NCBI RefSeq assembly: GCF_963921235.1
Contig: NC_086097.1
Location: 35,838,001-35,902,000 of the forward strand
DNA: 64,000 nt
Reading direction: 5' to 3'
Source of the DNA: Mobula hypostoma
Lineage: Eukaryota
Both the position numbers and the translations under genes were made by a program. Shown piece after piece: positions 13,331-25,075 of this stretch (positions are counted from its first letter, which is position 1; the number at the start of each line of letters is the position of its first letter). A model generated the notes under the pieces. The model was not told where the DNA came from, made no database searches, and saw only the letters and a list, made by a program, of their open reading frames with translations.

Positions 13331-14568
13331 TCTCATGTTCCTTCATAGGGTCCAAGTGAGGTTAGGTGAATTCGCCAGGTGACATAGCAAAGTGATGAAC
13401 TGGCATCCTGGTGCCCAGGCTATTGCTCTGAAAAGTTAACATTTTATCATGGAACCTGCAGAACTTACATTCATTTGCTTAAAGAAATTTAGAATTCAAA
13501 ATGGAAGAATGGAATCTATTAAGACTGTCAGAAGAAAGTTATCTAATTCATGAAGTTTCTTAAAGGAAAGACGTCTGCTGTGGCCTGTATGTGATCCCTG
13601 GTCCACAGAAAACAGAGTTGACTTTTAACTGCCCTCTAAAAAGGCTGAACAAGCCACTTCCATTCAGGGACCACTTTGATTGTGAAATTAATACAGGTGG
13701 CACCGTGAAGTAAAAAAAGTCAAGAATAATTTAAATGTACATTCATCACAACAGTTCCTTGCCTAAGGAAACAAGCTGTGGAAAAAGCCTGTCAGGATAG
13801 AATCCAGTCCTTTACAAAACATCACTGTATTTACCAGCCTTTCAGGTGTATGTGAAATGGGGACACAATGCACGATACAAATGCTATTATTCCAGTCTGA
13901 AGTTACAAAGAATGCCCAGAAATATTAGAGTCTGATGCTGACACTTGAACAAGTGGAAAATCAATTCCTTTAAACGCAAAGCTTCCAACTGAGTTTGAAC
14001 ATAAATTGTGTTGACAAATACAAATGGAGCAGCTGTGGTGAGAGACCGACCAACCAATATAATCTAAATGTGAAGTGTAATTGAACTGGCCTATGCTATA
14101 TAAAGAATGCCACCTGATGGGGACTCAAAACAAACTGTTGCTTAACTACAACAGACCTCTATTTAATTACAAAAGGGAGCATCACACAGCTAAAATGTAA
14201 TATCTACTGACCACTCTTTTAAATCCAGAATAAGTAATGTGTTTTTTGATTAAATGCATTTTGACATTTTCCAATCAGACCAGGGTGCTTATTTATATGG
14301 AACTGTTTTAGAAGCAAGGTGCATTTTGGAAGTCAAATTGGAAATTTTAATTCCATGGGAAAATCAGCTGAGAGCCTATTTGCATTGCTTCAGGGAAGCA
14401 CTGAAATCCAGGATGATATTTCCCAAAATAATAGAAGATTCTGGAACTACTCAGTAGATCGGGGGCATCAGAGGAAAGAGAAACCGAGTTGATATTCATC
14501 AGAACTGGGAAGGAGAGAAAATATTATTGAATTCAACAATTTCAGGGAACTTGCTTTCGCTTTGAAGT

Positions 14569-15785
14569 GTGACTAAGCACATAAGGATGTGACTAAGCAC
14601 ATTGATGAAGATAGAGTGGTAGATGTGGTGTATATGGATATTAGCAAGGCATTTGATAAAGTACCCCATGCAAGGCTTATTGAGAAAGTAAGGAGGCATG
14701 GGATCCAAGAAGACATTGCTTTGTGGATCCAGAAATGTCTGGCCCACAGAAGGCAAAGAATGGTTGTAGACGGGTCATATTCTGCATGGAGGCCAGTGAC
14801 CAGTGGTGTGCCTCAGGGATCTGTTCTGGGACCCTTACTCTTTGTGATTTTTATAAATGACCTTGATGAGGAAGTGGAGGGATGGGTTAGTAAATTTGCT
14901 GATGACACAAAGGTTGGGGGTGTTGTGGATAGTGTGGAGGGCTGTCAGAGGTTATAATGTGACATTGATAGGATGCAAAACTGGGCTGAGAAGTGGCAGA
15001 TGGAGTTCAACCCGGATAAGTGTGAGGCAGTTCATTTTGGTAGGTCAAATATGATGGCAGAATCTAGCATTAATGGTAAGACTCTTGGCAGTGTGGAGGA
15101 TCAGAGGGATCTTGGGGTCCGAGTTCATAGGACACTCAAAGCTGCTACGCAGGTTGACTCTGTGGTAACGAAGGCACATGGTGTATTGGCCTTCATCAAT
15201 CGTGGGATAGAGTTTAAGAACTGAGAGGTAGTGTTGCAGCTATACAAGACCCTGGTCAGACCCCACTTGGGAGTACTGTGCTCAATTCTGGTTGCCTCAC
15301 TACAAGAAGGATGTGGAAACCACAGAAAGGGTTCAGAGGAGATTTACAAGGATGTTGCCTGGATTGGGGAGCATGCCTTATGAGAATAGGTTGAATGAAC
15401 TTGACCTTTTGTCCTTGGAGCGATGGAGGATGAGATACGACTTGATAAGAGGCATTGATCGTGTGGATAGTCAGAGGCCCTAGGGCTGAAATGGTTAGCA
15501 CAAGAGGGCATAGTTTTAAGGTGCTTGAAAGAAGGTACAGAGATGTCAGGGGTGAGTTCTTTCATGCAGAGAACGGTGAGTGCATGGAATGGGCTGCCAG
15601 CAGCAGTGGTGAAGGCAGAAATGATAGGGTCTTTTAAGAGACTCCTGGATGGCTACATGGAGTTCAGAAAAATAGAGTGCTTTGGGTAAAGCCTAGGTAG
15701 TTCTAAGGTAGGGATATGTTCAGCACAACTTTGTGGGCTGAAGGGCCTGTATTGCGCTGTAGGTTTTCTATGTTTCTATGCTTTC
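14569..15785 (+). mobile_element. 5'-truncated CR1 LINE (RT and 3' end)
   Basis: [36 protein letters not shown] and SKFADDTK; (TTCTATG)n tail at ~15766-15785. Confidence 0.93.
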
Positions 15786-15849
15786 TGTATCAGGACAGAC
15801 CAGTTCTACTGTAAGTTTATCCGATGTGGAGCAGCACCCTTCAGAATGC

Positions 15850-16445
15850 AGCCCCATCCCCCATGCTTCCAGCTGTCTGTTGCTTAATTTCTCCCTCTGA
15901 CCTCCAACCCCATTCTGACTGCATTGTTCCAATGAGGTCACAACAAGGTTGATGAACTTGTATTCCAACTGCACAAGTGATGGCCTCTAGACTCAACGTC
16001 TAGTTTGACAATTTCACAAAACTTGCCTTCTCTGCTTGTTTTAGAATCAGACAGTTCTACTATAACTTTATGCCTGTGATGTTAACTGAGTTATTTCTCT
16101 CTCTCTCCCTCTTCACAGTCTCTGCCCCTGATCTCCTGGGGTTTCTTAACATTCTTCTTTTGATTTCTGTTCTCTACAACATCTTTGACCTACATTTCAC
16201 AGCTTTTAATGTCCCCTTTTTTGTTTTCTCTCTTTCCAACATCCATCATTAATCTACCAACCATGTAACTTTGTAAACCATACTGCTATGGCAAACCCTG
16301 GCCTGAGAGTTTATCAAATATTCCCTTAGTTTTATCAGTTCCTCTCCAACTTGAAACTAACATCCTTTCTCATATTTCCAGTTCTGATGAGGGGTCTTTG
16401 ACCTGAAATACTTACTCTGTTAATCTTTCCACAGATGCTGTCTTA
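15850..16445 (+). mobile_element. Old Penelope-like element 3' region
   Basis: Pyrimidine-rich tract followed by CAGTTCTGATGAGGGGTCTTTGACCTGAAA...TTTCCACAGATGCTG, a decayed hammerhead/pLTR. Confidence 0.55.
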
Positions 16446-16717
16446 CAGGGTAGACAAAGAAGTTAGGCTTCTCTGGCAAGAGTGTCTGGAACCTGGTAAG
16501 GTAGGGGATATCAGCGACAGGAATCACAGTCTCAAAATAGTTAGCCATTCAGGATGGAGAAGAGGAGAAATTTCTCATTGTTAATTAATTGCTGTGTATA
16601 TTCCAGGCAGATACAATGCATATTTGGTATTAAGGAATAAAGAGAAACGGGGTTGGTGAAGGAAAATGGAGGTGAGGTAAGTTTCTTTAATTACTCTAAT
16701 TAACTTAGGAGTAGGTA

Positions 16718-17743
16718 ATGGAGGCAGCAGTTAAGGCAGTTGACTGCTCCATTTGCAGTATGTGGGAAGTCAGGGCGAGCACGATTGTCCCTGATGACTA
16801 CACCTGTAAAAGGTGCATCCAGCTGCAGCTCCTGACAAACCGAGTTAGGGAACTGGAGCTGGAGCTGGATGAACTTCGGATCATTCATGAGGCAGAGGCA
16901 GAAATAAACAGGAGTTACAGGGAGATAGTCAATCCTGAAAGTCAGGAGGCAGGTAGCTGGGTGACTGTCAGGAGAGGGAAGGGGAATAGACAGAATGAGC
17001 AGAGCACCCCTGTGGCCGTTCCCATCAACAGTAGGTATACCATTTTGGATACTGTTGGTGGGGACGACCTACCAGGGACAAGTTGCAGTGGTTGTGTCTC
17101 TGGCACCGAGACTGGACCCCCAGCTCAGAAGGGAAGGTGGGAAAAGAGGAGAGCAGTAGTGATAGGGGGTTCTATATTTAGGGGGACAGATAAGAGGTTC
17201 CGTGGAAGAGATCGAGAATCCTGGATGGTCTGTTGCCTCCCTGGTGCCAAGGTCCACGATATCTCGGATCGAGTTCTCAGTATTCTCAAGAGGGAGCGTG
17301 AGGAGCCAGATGTTGTGATCCACGTAGGGACCAATGACATGGACAGGAAGGAGGAGGAGGTCCTGCAAAGAGAGTTTAGGGAGTTAGGTGCAAAGTTGAA
17401 GGACAGGACCTCCAGGGTTGCAATCTCAGGATTGCTACCTGTGCCACGTGCGAGTGAGGCTAGAAATAGGAAGATAATGCAGCTGAATACGTGGCTAAGG
17501 AGTTGGTGCAGGAGGGAGGGCTTCATGTTTCTGGACAATTGGTCCTTGTTCCAGGGAAGGTGGGACCTGTTCCGACGGGACGGGTTGCACCTGAACTGGA
17601 GGGGGACTAACATCCTTGCGGGAAAGTTTACTAGTGCTGCTCCGGGGAGTTTAAACGAGATTTGTAGGGGGAGGGGAAACAGAGTGTTAGAGCAGATAGT
17701 GAGGTGGAAAAGGATAAAGGTCAACAGAGAACTGCAAGTATAG
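16718..17743 (+). CDS. CR1 ORF1p: Cys-rich zinc finger, coiled coil and SGNH/GDSL esterase
   Basis: 341-aa open frame. CxxC...CxxC (CSIC/CKRC), heptad region LTNRVRELELELDEL, and SGNH blocks VVIGGSI (GDS-like), PGA, HVGTND and DGLHLN. The ancestral stop near 17657 appears lost (GLN* read as SLNE). Confidence 0.88.
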   Translation: MEAAVKAVDCSICSMWEVRASTIVPDDYTCKRCIQLQLLTNRVRELELELDELRIIHEAEAEINRSYREIVNPESQEAGSWVTVRRGKGNRQNEQSTPVAVPINSRYTILDTVGGDDLPGTSCSGCVSGTETGPPAQKGRWEKRRAVVIGGSIFRGTDKRFRGRDRESWMVCCLPGAKVHDISDRVLSILKREREEPDVVIHVGTNDMDRKEEEVLQREFRELGAKLKDRTSRVAISGLLPVPRASEARNRKIMQLNTWLRSWCRREGFMFLDNWSLFQGRWDLFRRDGLHLNWRGTNILAGKFTSAAPGSLNEICRGRGNRVLEQIVRWKRIKVNRELQV

Positions 17744-17829
17744 TACATGGAGTAAAGCCAGATCTAACATGTAAAGAGGCTTTGAGGAAAGAGAAGCAGA
17801 ATAAAGGGTGTAAAGGTGGTAAGGTAGAA

Positions 17830-20632
17830 GGGCTAAAGTGTGTGTACTTAAAAAAATGCAAGGAGCATCAGGAACAAAGGTGATGAACTGAGAGCTTGGA
17901 TACATACATGGAATTATGATGTAGTGGCCATTACAGAGACTTGGCTGGCACCAGGGCGGGAATGGATTCTCAATATTCCTGGATTTCAGTGCTTTAAAAA
18001 GGATAGAGAGGGGGAAAAAGGGGAGGAGGGGAGGCATTACTGGTCAGGGATACTATTACAGCTACAGAAAGGGTGGGTAATGTAGCAGGATCCTCTTTTG
18101 AGTCAATATGGGTGGAAGTCAGGAACAGGGAGGGAGCAGATACTCTATTGGGAGTATTCTGTAGGCCCCCTGGTAGCACAGAGATACCGAAGAGCAGTCT
18201 GGGAGGCAGATTTTGGAAAGGTGCAAAAATAACAGGGTTGTTATCATGGGTGACTTTAACTTCCCTAATATTGATTGGCACCTGATTCGTTCCAATGGTT
18301 TAGATGGGGCAGAGTTTGTTAAATGTGTCCAGGATGGATTCCTGTCACAATATGTTGACAGGCCGACTAGGGGGAATGCCATACTAGATCTAGTATTAGG
18401 TAACGAACCGGGTTAGGTCACAGATCTCTCAGTGGGTGAGCATCTGGGGGACAGTGACCACCGCTCCCTGGCCTTTAACATTATCATGGAAAAGGATAGA
18501 ATCAGAGAGAACAGGAAAATTTTTAACTGGGGAAGGGCAAATTCTGAGGCTATAAGGCTAGAACTTGCAGGTGTGAATTGGGATGATGTTTTTGCAGGGA
18601 AATGTACTAAGGACATGTGGTCAATGTTTAGAGATCTCTTGCAAGATGTTAGGGATAAATTTGTCCTGGTGAGGGAGATAAAGAATGGTAGGATGAAGGA
18701 ACCATGGGTGACAAGTGAGGTGCAGAATCTAGTCAGGTGGAAGAAGGCAGCATACATGAGATTTAGGAAGCAAGGATCAGATGGGTCTATTGAGGAATAC
18801 AGGGTAGCAAGAAAGGAGCTTAAGAAGGGGCTGAGGAGAGCAAGAAGACGGCATGAGTAGGCCTTGGTGTGTAGGGTAAAGGAAAATCCCAAGGCATTCT
18901 TCAATTATGTGAAGAACAAAAGGATAGCAGGAGTGAAGATAGAACCGATTAGAGATAAAGATGGGAAGATGTGCCTGGAGGCTGTGGAAGTGAGCGAGGT
19001 CCTCAATGAATACTTCTCTTCGGTATTCACCAATGAGAGGGAACTTGATGATGGTGAGGACAATATGAGTGAGGTTGATGTTCTGGAGCATGTTGATATT
19101 AAGGGAGAGGAGGTGTTGGATTTGTTAAAATACATTAGGATGGATAAGTCCCCGGGGTCTGACGGAATATTCCCCAGACTGCTCCACAAGGCGAGGGAAG
19201 AGTTTGCTGAGCCTCTGGCTAGGATCTTCATGTCTTCGTTGTCCATGGGAATGGTACCGGAGGATTGGAGAGAGGCAAATGTTGTCCCCTTGTTCAAAAA
19301 AGGTAGTAGGGATAGTCTGGGTAATTATAGACCAGTGAGCCTTACGTCTGTGGTGGGAAAGCTGTTGGAAAAGATTCTTAGAGATAGGATCTATGGGCAT
19401 TTAGAGAATCATGGTCTGATCAGGGACAGTCAGCATGGCTTTGTGAAGGGCAGATCATGTCTAACAAGCCTGATAGAGTTCTTTGAGGAAGTGACCAGGC
19501 ATGTGGGTAAGGGTAGTGCAGTGGATGTAATCTACATGGATTTTAGTAAGGCATTTGACAAGGTTCCACACAGTAGGCTTATTCAGAAAGTCAGAAGGCA
19601 TGGGATCCAGGGAAATTTGGCCAGTTGGTCAGAATTGACTTGCCTGCAGAAAGCAGAGGGTCGTGGTGGAGGTAGTACATTCGGATTGGAGGGTTGTGAC
19701 TAGTGGTGTGCCACAAGGATCGGTTCTGGGACCTCTACTTTTCATGATTTTTATTAATGACCTGGATGTGGGGGTAGAAGGGTGGGTTGGCAAGTTTGCA
19801 GATGACACAAAGGTTGGTCGTGTTGTGGATAGTGTCAAGGATTGTCGAAGATTGCAGAGAGACATTGATAAGATGCACAAGTGGGCTGAGAAGTGGCAGA
19901 TGGAGTTCAACCCGGAGAAGTGTGAGGTGGTACACTTTCGAAGGACAAACTCCAAGGCAGAGTACAAAATAGATGGCAGGATACTTGGAAGGGTGGAGGA
20001 GCAGAGGGATCTGGGGGTACATGTCCACACATCCCTGAAAGTTGCCTCACAGGTAGATAGGGTAGTTAAGAAAGCTTCTGGAGTGTTAGCTTTCATAAGT
20101 TGAGGGATAGAGTTTAAGATTCGCCAGGTAATGATGCAGCTCTATAAAACTCTGGTTAGGCCACACTTGGAGAACTGTGTCCAGTTCTGGTCGCCTCACT
20201 GTAGGAAGGATGTGGAAGCATTGGAAAGGGTACAGAGGAGATTTACCAGGATGCTGCCTGGTTTAGAAAGTATGCATTATGATCAGAGAATAAGGGAGCT
20301 AGGGCTTTACTCTTTGGAGGGAAGGAGAATGAGAGGAGACATGATAGAGGTATACAAGATAATATGATAGAGGTATACAAGATAGAGTGGACAGCCAGCG
20401 CCTCTTCCCCAGGGCACCACTGCTCAATAAAAGAGGACATGGCTTTAAGGTAAGTGGTGGGAAGTTCAAGGGGGATATTAGAGGAAGGTTTTTTACTCAG
20501 AGAGTGGTTGGTGTGTTGAATGCACTGCCTGAGTCAGTGGTGGAGGCAGATACACTAGTGAAATTTAAGAGGCTACTGGACAGGTATATGGTAGAATTTA
20601 AGGTTGGGGGTTATATGGGAGGCAGGGTTTAA
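17830..20632 (+). pseudogene. CR1 ORF2 (APE endonuclease and reverse transcriptase), disrupted
   Basis: Pieces 18073-18285, 18213-18416, 18432-18860, 18864-19703, 19663-20103, 20131-20367 and 20387-20632, with frameshifts, stops and a ~23-bp duplication at 20341-20384. Confidence 0.93.
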
Positions 20633-21398
20633 GGGTCGGCACAACATTGTGGGCCGAAGGGCCTGTACTGTGCTGTACTGTTCTATGTTTTATCTCAGTG
20701 GAAGGCAACTTCACCTGCTCCTGCATCTTTTTCTTTACTTGTGTTCTTATAGGATCCAGAGAGCCGCTGTTTTACGGTTGAGGAGCATATTCGCCAAATT
20801 TATATTTAAATTATAAGAAAATCTGATTTGTAAGGTATCATTGCATGTCAGTTAAATGCTACATTGTTAAGGGAAGATTATGCATTGCTCTGATTGATAA
20901 ATTAAACCAACATTTTTCAAAATATCTTATTTGCAAGTTAAGAATACTGCTAAAGCACCTTAAACCCATTATCTTCCGCAGATATATCTGAACACACCCT
21001 TTTAATGCAGGAAACAGATGTCACTGGGCTGGAAGGGGAGAGGTTAGGGGGAAAAAAAACATTAGTCTGTGGCAGACATTCGAAGTAGATCAGCTTCCCA
21101 CTGAAACTTAGAATGTTGTCCTCCTCTGTCTTTGAAGTTCATTCCATTAACTTGTCTCACTGCTTAAAATCAAGTTGATAATATCTATTAAATAAGAGGG
21201 TAATTTATAGTTATTAATGGAATCTTGAAGTCTTGGTGACCTCATGTCAATGTTCTCAGTGACAAAGGAGAGAGGTGGTTGATCTTCCTCCTCACCATAA
21301 TTTTTTTGTTATTCATCACTGCTAAATCAAGAAATTCTAATCAAACATAAAGTGTTTAAATAAACCACCTAGCATCAGGCAACTAAAGAATGAATCTA

Positions 21399-21536
21399 AA
21401 AACTCCAACACGAGGAAATCTGCAGATGCTGGAATAGTCCTGACGAAGGGTCTCGGCCTGAAACGTCGACTGTACCTCTTCCTAGAGATGCTGCCAGGCC
21501 TGCTGCGTTCACCAGCAACTTTTATGTGTGTTGCTG
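21399..21536 (+). mobile_element. 138-bp Penelope-derived insertion (inverted tail piece joined to a pLTR with hammerhead), 15-bp TSD
   Basis: Flanked by TAAAGAATGAATCTA at 21384-21398 and 21537-21551. The first ~35 bp is the reverse complement of the family tail (TTCCAGCATCTGCAGATTTCCTCGTGTT); the rest matches the pLTR at 63450-63550. Confidence 0.85.
21434..21473 (+). ncRNA. Minimal type I hammerhead ribozyme motif (Penelope-associated)
   Basis: ATAGTC (stem I), CTGACGA core, A, GGGT-CTCG-GCCT (stem II), GAAA, CG, TC (cleavage after C21467), GACTGT (stem I partner). Helix III is reduced to palindromic ACGT. Confidence 0.8.
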
Positions 21537-22179
21537 TAAAGAATGAATCTATTTGTCTGGGTGAGAACATTTACAAATCATTAATCTCGCACACCTTCAC
21601 ACTTAAATGTGCTCATTTGCTCTTGTATATGCAAAGTAAGTGTCCCATCAGGATATACAGTAAAGCTTTTATTACTTCTAACAGTTGCAACAAGAGGTGA
21701 TTGAATTCTAAAAAAGACCTTTAACTTGTGAGGAGCTATTATTGTTATACATTACTTAATCCAACTGAAATCATTTCAATTAGCAGTCCATTCATAGCCA
21801 TGTAATGAATATAATCTTAGAAAATATCACAATTACTTTCAGTTTACCATGATGCCAGGAAATGCTGTAAGCTTGTAATTAGTGGAAAATCATTCTCTTC
21901 GATATATAGCTATACTCTAATTATCAGTTGGAGTTGAGCCAAACTCAAAACATCTGGTGGGTGGTAGTTCTCAAGCATATCTTAAAATGTTTTGGAAGAT
22001 CTACTGAAATAAATTATACTTATAGTTTGATTTCATTTTAGTTTTAACCCATAATAACTGATGAAAACCTCCTTCAAATGCTGGTTGGAAATGTTGTTCA
22101 TAAAATGAACCATTCAATTTGTAGAGAAAATGCACTCTTCAAAACGCAGGAATTGTACATGGACTAACCACCAATTATT

Positions 22180-22385
22180 CCCACTGCTGTCTGTGAGGAC
22201 AGTTCTTCCCACGGCTGTGTGGGTTTCCTCTGGGTGCTCCAATTTCCTCACACAATCTAAGGATGTACCGATTGGTAGGTTAATTGGTCATTGTAAAATA
22301 TCCCGTGATTAGGCTAGGATTAAATCTGGGAATTGCTGGATTGCGTGGTCTGAGGGGCAGGAAGGGCCTATTCCACACTGGTCAG
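22180..22385 (+). mobile_element. V-domain SINE (HE1-like), 5' truncated
   Basis: V-domain GTGTGGGTTTCCTCTGGGTGCTCCAATTTCCTCACACA and GGTAGGTTAATTGGTCATTGTAAA; LINE-like 3' end GAAGGGCCTATTCC followed by (TAGA)n. Confidence 0.75.
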
Positions 22386-22427
22386 ATAGACAGATCAGAT
22401 AGATACATTAGATAGACACAATAGGTA

Positions 22428-22913
22428 TGAGGGGTGATTGATAAGTTCGTGGCCTGAGGTAGAAGGAGTCAATTTTAGAAAACCTAGCACATTTCTTTTT
22501 CAACATAGTCCCCCTCCTACATGAACACATTTAGTCCAGCAGTCGTGGAGCATACGGATCCCTTCCTTGTAGAAGTGGTCCACAGCAGGGGTGATTGATA
22601 AATTTGTGGCCTAAGGTACAAGGCGATGAGTTGTACAGCTCTCTTTATATGCACATGCAGTTTAACTCTTTGAGCGAAAATGTAGAAAGTTTGAACTTTC
22701 TCCTCATCTCCTTCTACCTTAGGCCACGAACTTATCAATCACCCCTGCTGTGGACCATTTCTGAAGGTCCAAGACGCCGACTTCTACAAAGAAGGGATCC
22801 GTATGCTCCACGACCACTGGACTAAGTGTGTAAATGTAGGAAAAATAAATGTGCTAGGTTTTCTAAAATTGACTCCTTCTACCCGAGGCCACGAATTTAT
22901 CAATCACCCCTCG
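22428..22913. mobile_element. Mariner-derived foldback MITE
   Basis: TA|(T/C)GAGGGGTGATTGATAAGTTCGTGGCC ... GGCCACGAATTTATCAATCACCCCTCG|TA. Arms of ~200 bp are inverted and carry the transposase C-terminus DFYKEGIRMLHDHWTKCVNVG. Confidence 0.9.
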
Positions 22914-23683
22914 TAGGTACAATAAATAGATTAGATAGGTAGATTAGATAGATAGATATATTGTTTGATGAAGCACAACAAAATGCAACCATCTTCGATA
23001 TGGCCGGATTGTTCATGGATAAATCCAGAAAATGTAAAAGTTTACATCAGTGGGTGATCTGGAGTGTGCAGGTTTTATTGTTATTACCCATACTTGCAAA
23101 TTATTATACTTAATCATAATTAATACGGATATTAATAGTTATCTCACTTACAAAAAGGCTGTTTGGGGGAACTTGCAGTTGACGAAGTGACTGTTGTATT
23201 TCCCTGGGTTATTACAACATTATGGTCATCACCAGCACCACGTAAATGCAAGCCTTTCTTTCTCTATTGGAAGGAATTCCCAAAACTGTTTGAAATGATG
23301 TGACAGCCAAAGGTTGGGTGCTATTATTCAGAGCCTTGTATGGGGTCACCTGGGCAGATTGCATCGTCTGCTCATTTTTCCTGCAACAGTTCACTTAGGT
23401 CCCTCATCACTAATAGCAGATGTTATTATAAATGGAGAGCACCCGATGGGATTGCAGAGCTAAAACTTTGTTGAAAGGGTTAGTATCATGTATGGCACAG
23501 GCTTACCTCACATTTCAGTTTCAGTCGGCAGTGAAGATTGGAGTGACAGCGTTCCGCTTGGAGCTGTGGGTTCCTAGGCCTAGGACCTGAGCCATATGAC
23601 TAAGTCCTCTTGTAGCTTAATAATTAAGATGGTTGATGTAAATAATGTAAAGTTTGAAATGAGCATTTACTAGCATTCAAAAT

Positions 23684-24466
23684 GATAGCTAGATAGATAG
23701 ATATACTTTATTGATCCCGAGGGAAATTGGGTTTTGTTACAGCGGCACCAACCAAGAATACAGCGTAAATATAGCAATACCAAAACCACAAACAATCAAA
23801 CAACAAAAAGCCAACTATGCCAGATGGAAAGTAAGTCCAGGACCAGTCTATTGACTCAGGGTGTCTGACTCTCCACAGGAGGAGCTGCAAGTTCGATGGC
23901 CACAGGCAGGAACGACCTCCCGTGCCGCCCAGTGTTGTATCTCGGTGGAGTGTGGCCGTAGTCCAACAGTAAAAAGTTCAATATCTAGTCTACAAACATG
24001 TTCCTCGATCGTAATATGACCCGGATTGCACCATCCGTTGTTAGCCAGAACAGTAAGCACCCAACTCCTTTACGCTTACCGTCCTCAGTGCACTTCCAGT
24101 CAGCCGGAACGGTCTGGAAGCCGTCCATGGAGAAGTTTTGATCGGGTATGTCCTCGTGCAGCCCTGTTCCAGTGAAACACATAACACTGCACTCCCGAAA
24201 TGTTCTCTGATGCCTGGCTAGCGCCGTGAACTCATCCATTTTATTACCCACCGAACTCCTCTTCTCCATAAGTCTCTGTTGGCTCGACCCGGTCTTCTTT
24301 CCTCAACTTTGTGATCCCCCTCTGCATCCTCTGTGTGTTTTCCTCCAGATTTCCGCCGCTCTGCTCGCTAAACCGGCCGGCATTAGCGCAAATAGCTGGT
24401 CCCTGGAATACACAATGCGACCATGCTTCTGCCCCGCGTGTCGGGATGTAACTATAATAAAATAAT
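23684..24466 (-). mobile_element. Internally deleted Rex1/Babar-like LINE (APE N-terminus fused to ORF 3' end)
   Basis: RSSVGNKMDEFTAL...VMCFTGTGL and NNGWCNPGH...GLRP joined to RYNTGRHGRSFLPVAI, then AATAAA and a (TATC)n tail. Confidence 0.75.
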
Positions 24467-24484
24467 CAACAGATGAATGAAAGG

Positions 24485-25075
24485 AGCAACAAAGTGCTGG
24501 AGGCACTCCGCAGGTCAGGAGAATTTTTTAAATAACCAGTCACTGCTTTGGGCTAAGACCCTTCATCAGGACCAAAAAGAAAGAGGCCAGAAGCCAGGAT
24601 AAGAGGGGAAGGGAAGGAGGAGCATAAGCTGCCAAGTAACAGGTGAATCCAGGTGAGGGGGGAAGGCAGGATTGTAGGGGAAGGGAGAAAAGAGCATGGT
24701 GTGAGATGCTGGGAGGTGATCAGTGGAAGAGGCAAAGGGCTGAAGAAGAAGGAATCTGATAGGAGAGGACAGCAGACCATGGAATAAAGGAAAGGAGGCG
24801 GGGAACTGGCAGGAGGAAGGTGATCAGCAGTTTGTGAGGGTGGAGAAGGAGAAAGGGACGGGGTCACAGGGATGAGGAGGTGGTGTCAGGACAGAGCAGA
24901 GTAGTTAGAGGAATCAATGCCGTCAGGTTGTAGACTATGAAGGTGGAACACGAGGTGTTGCTCCTCCAGCCTGTGCCTGGCCTCAACATGGGAGCAGAAG
25001 CGGCTGTGGACAGGGACGGCCACGTCAGTGTGGGAATGTGGAGTGAGTTGAAAAGACTTACCACTGGGTGATCCT
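24485..25075 (-). mobile_element. Penelope-like element 3' region (GIY-YIG C-terminus and pLTR)
   Basis: HFNSLH...RHRLEEQHLVFHLHSLQPDG, a pyrimidine tract, then GGTCCTGATGAAGGGTCTTAGCCCAAAG. Confidence 0.82.

Larger units (their letters stand above)
16680..20692 (+). mobile_element. Near full-length CR1 LINE (ORF1, ORF2 and 3' tail; 5' UTR mostly missing)
   Basis: ORF1 at 16718, then APE motifs (NARSIRNK, VAITETW, IMGDFNFP, SDH), RT motifs ([23 protein letters not shown]), 3' hairpin GGGCCGAAGGGCCTG and TTCTATG tail. Confidence 0.96.

Noticed and set aside
17125..20096. Long minus-strand ORFs (207, 163, 155 and 130 aa)
   Set aside because: Antisense shadows of CR1 ORF1 and ORF2. The same PCGTPLVT shadow recurs in other CR1 copies.
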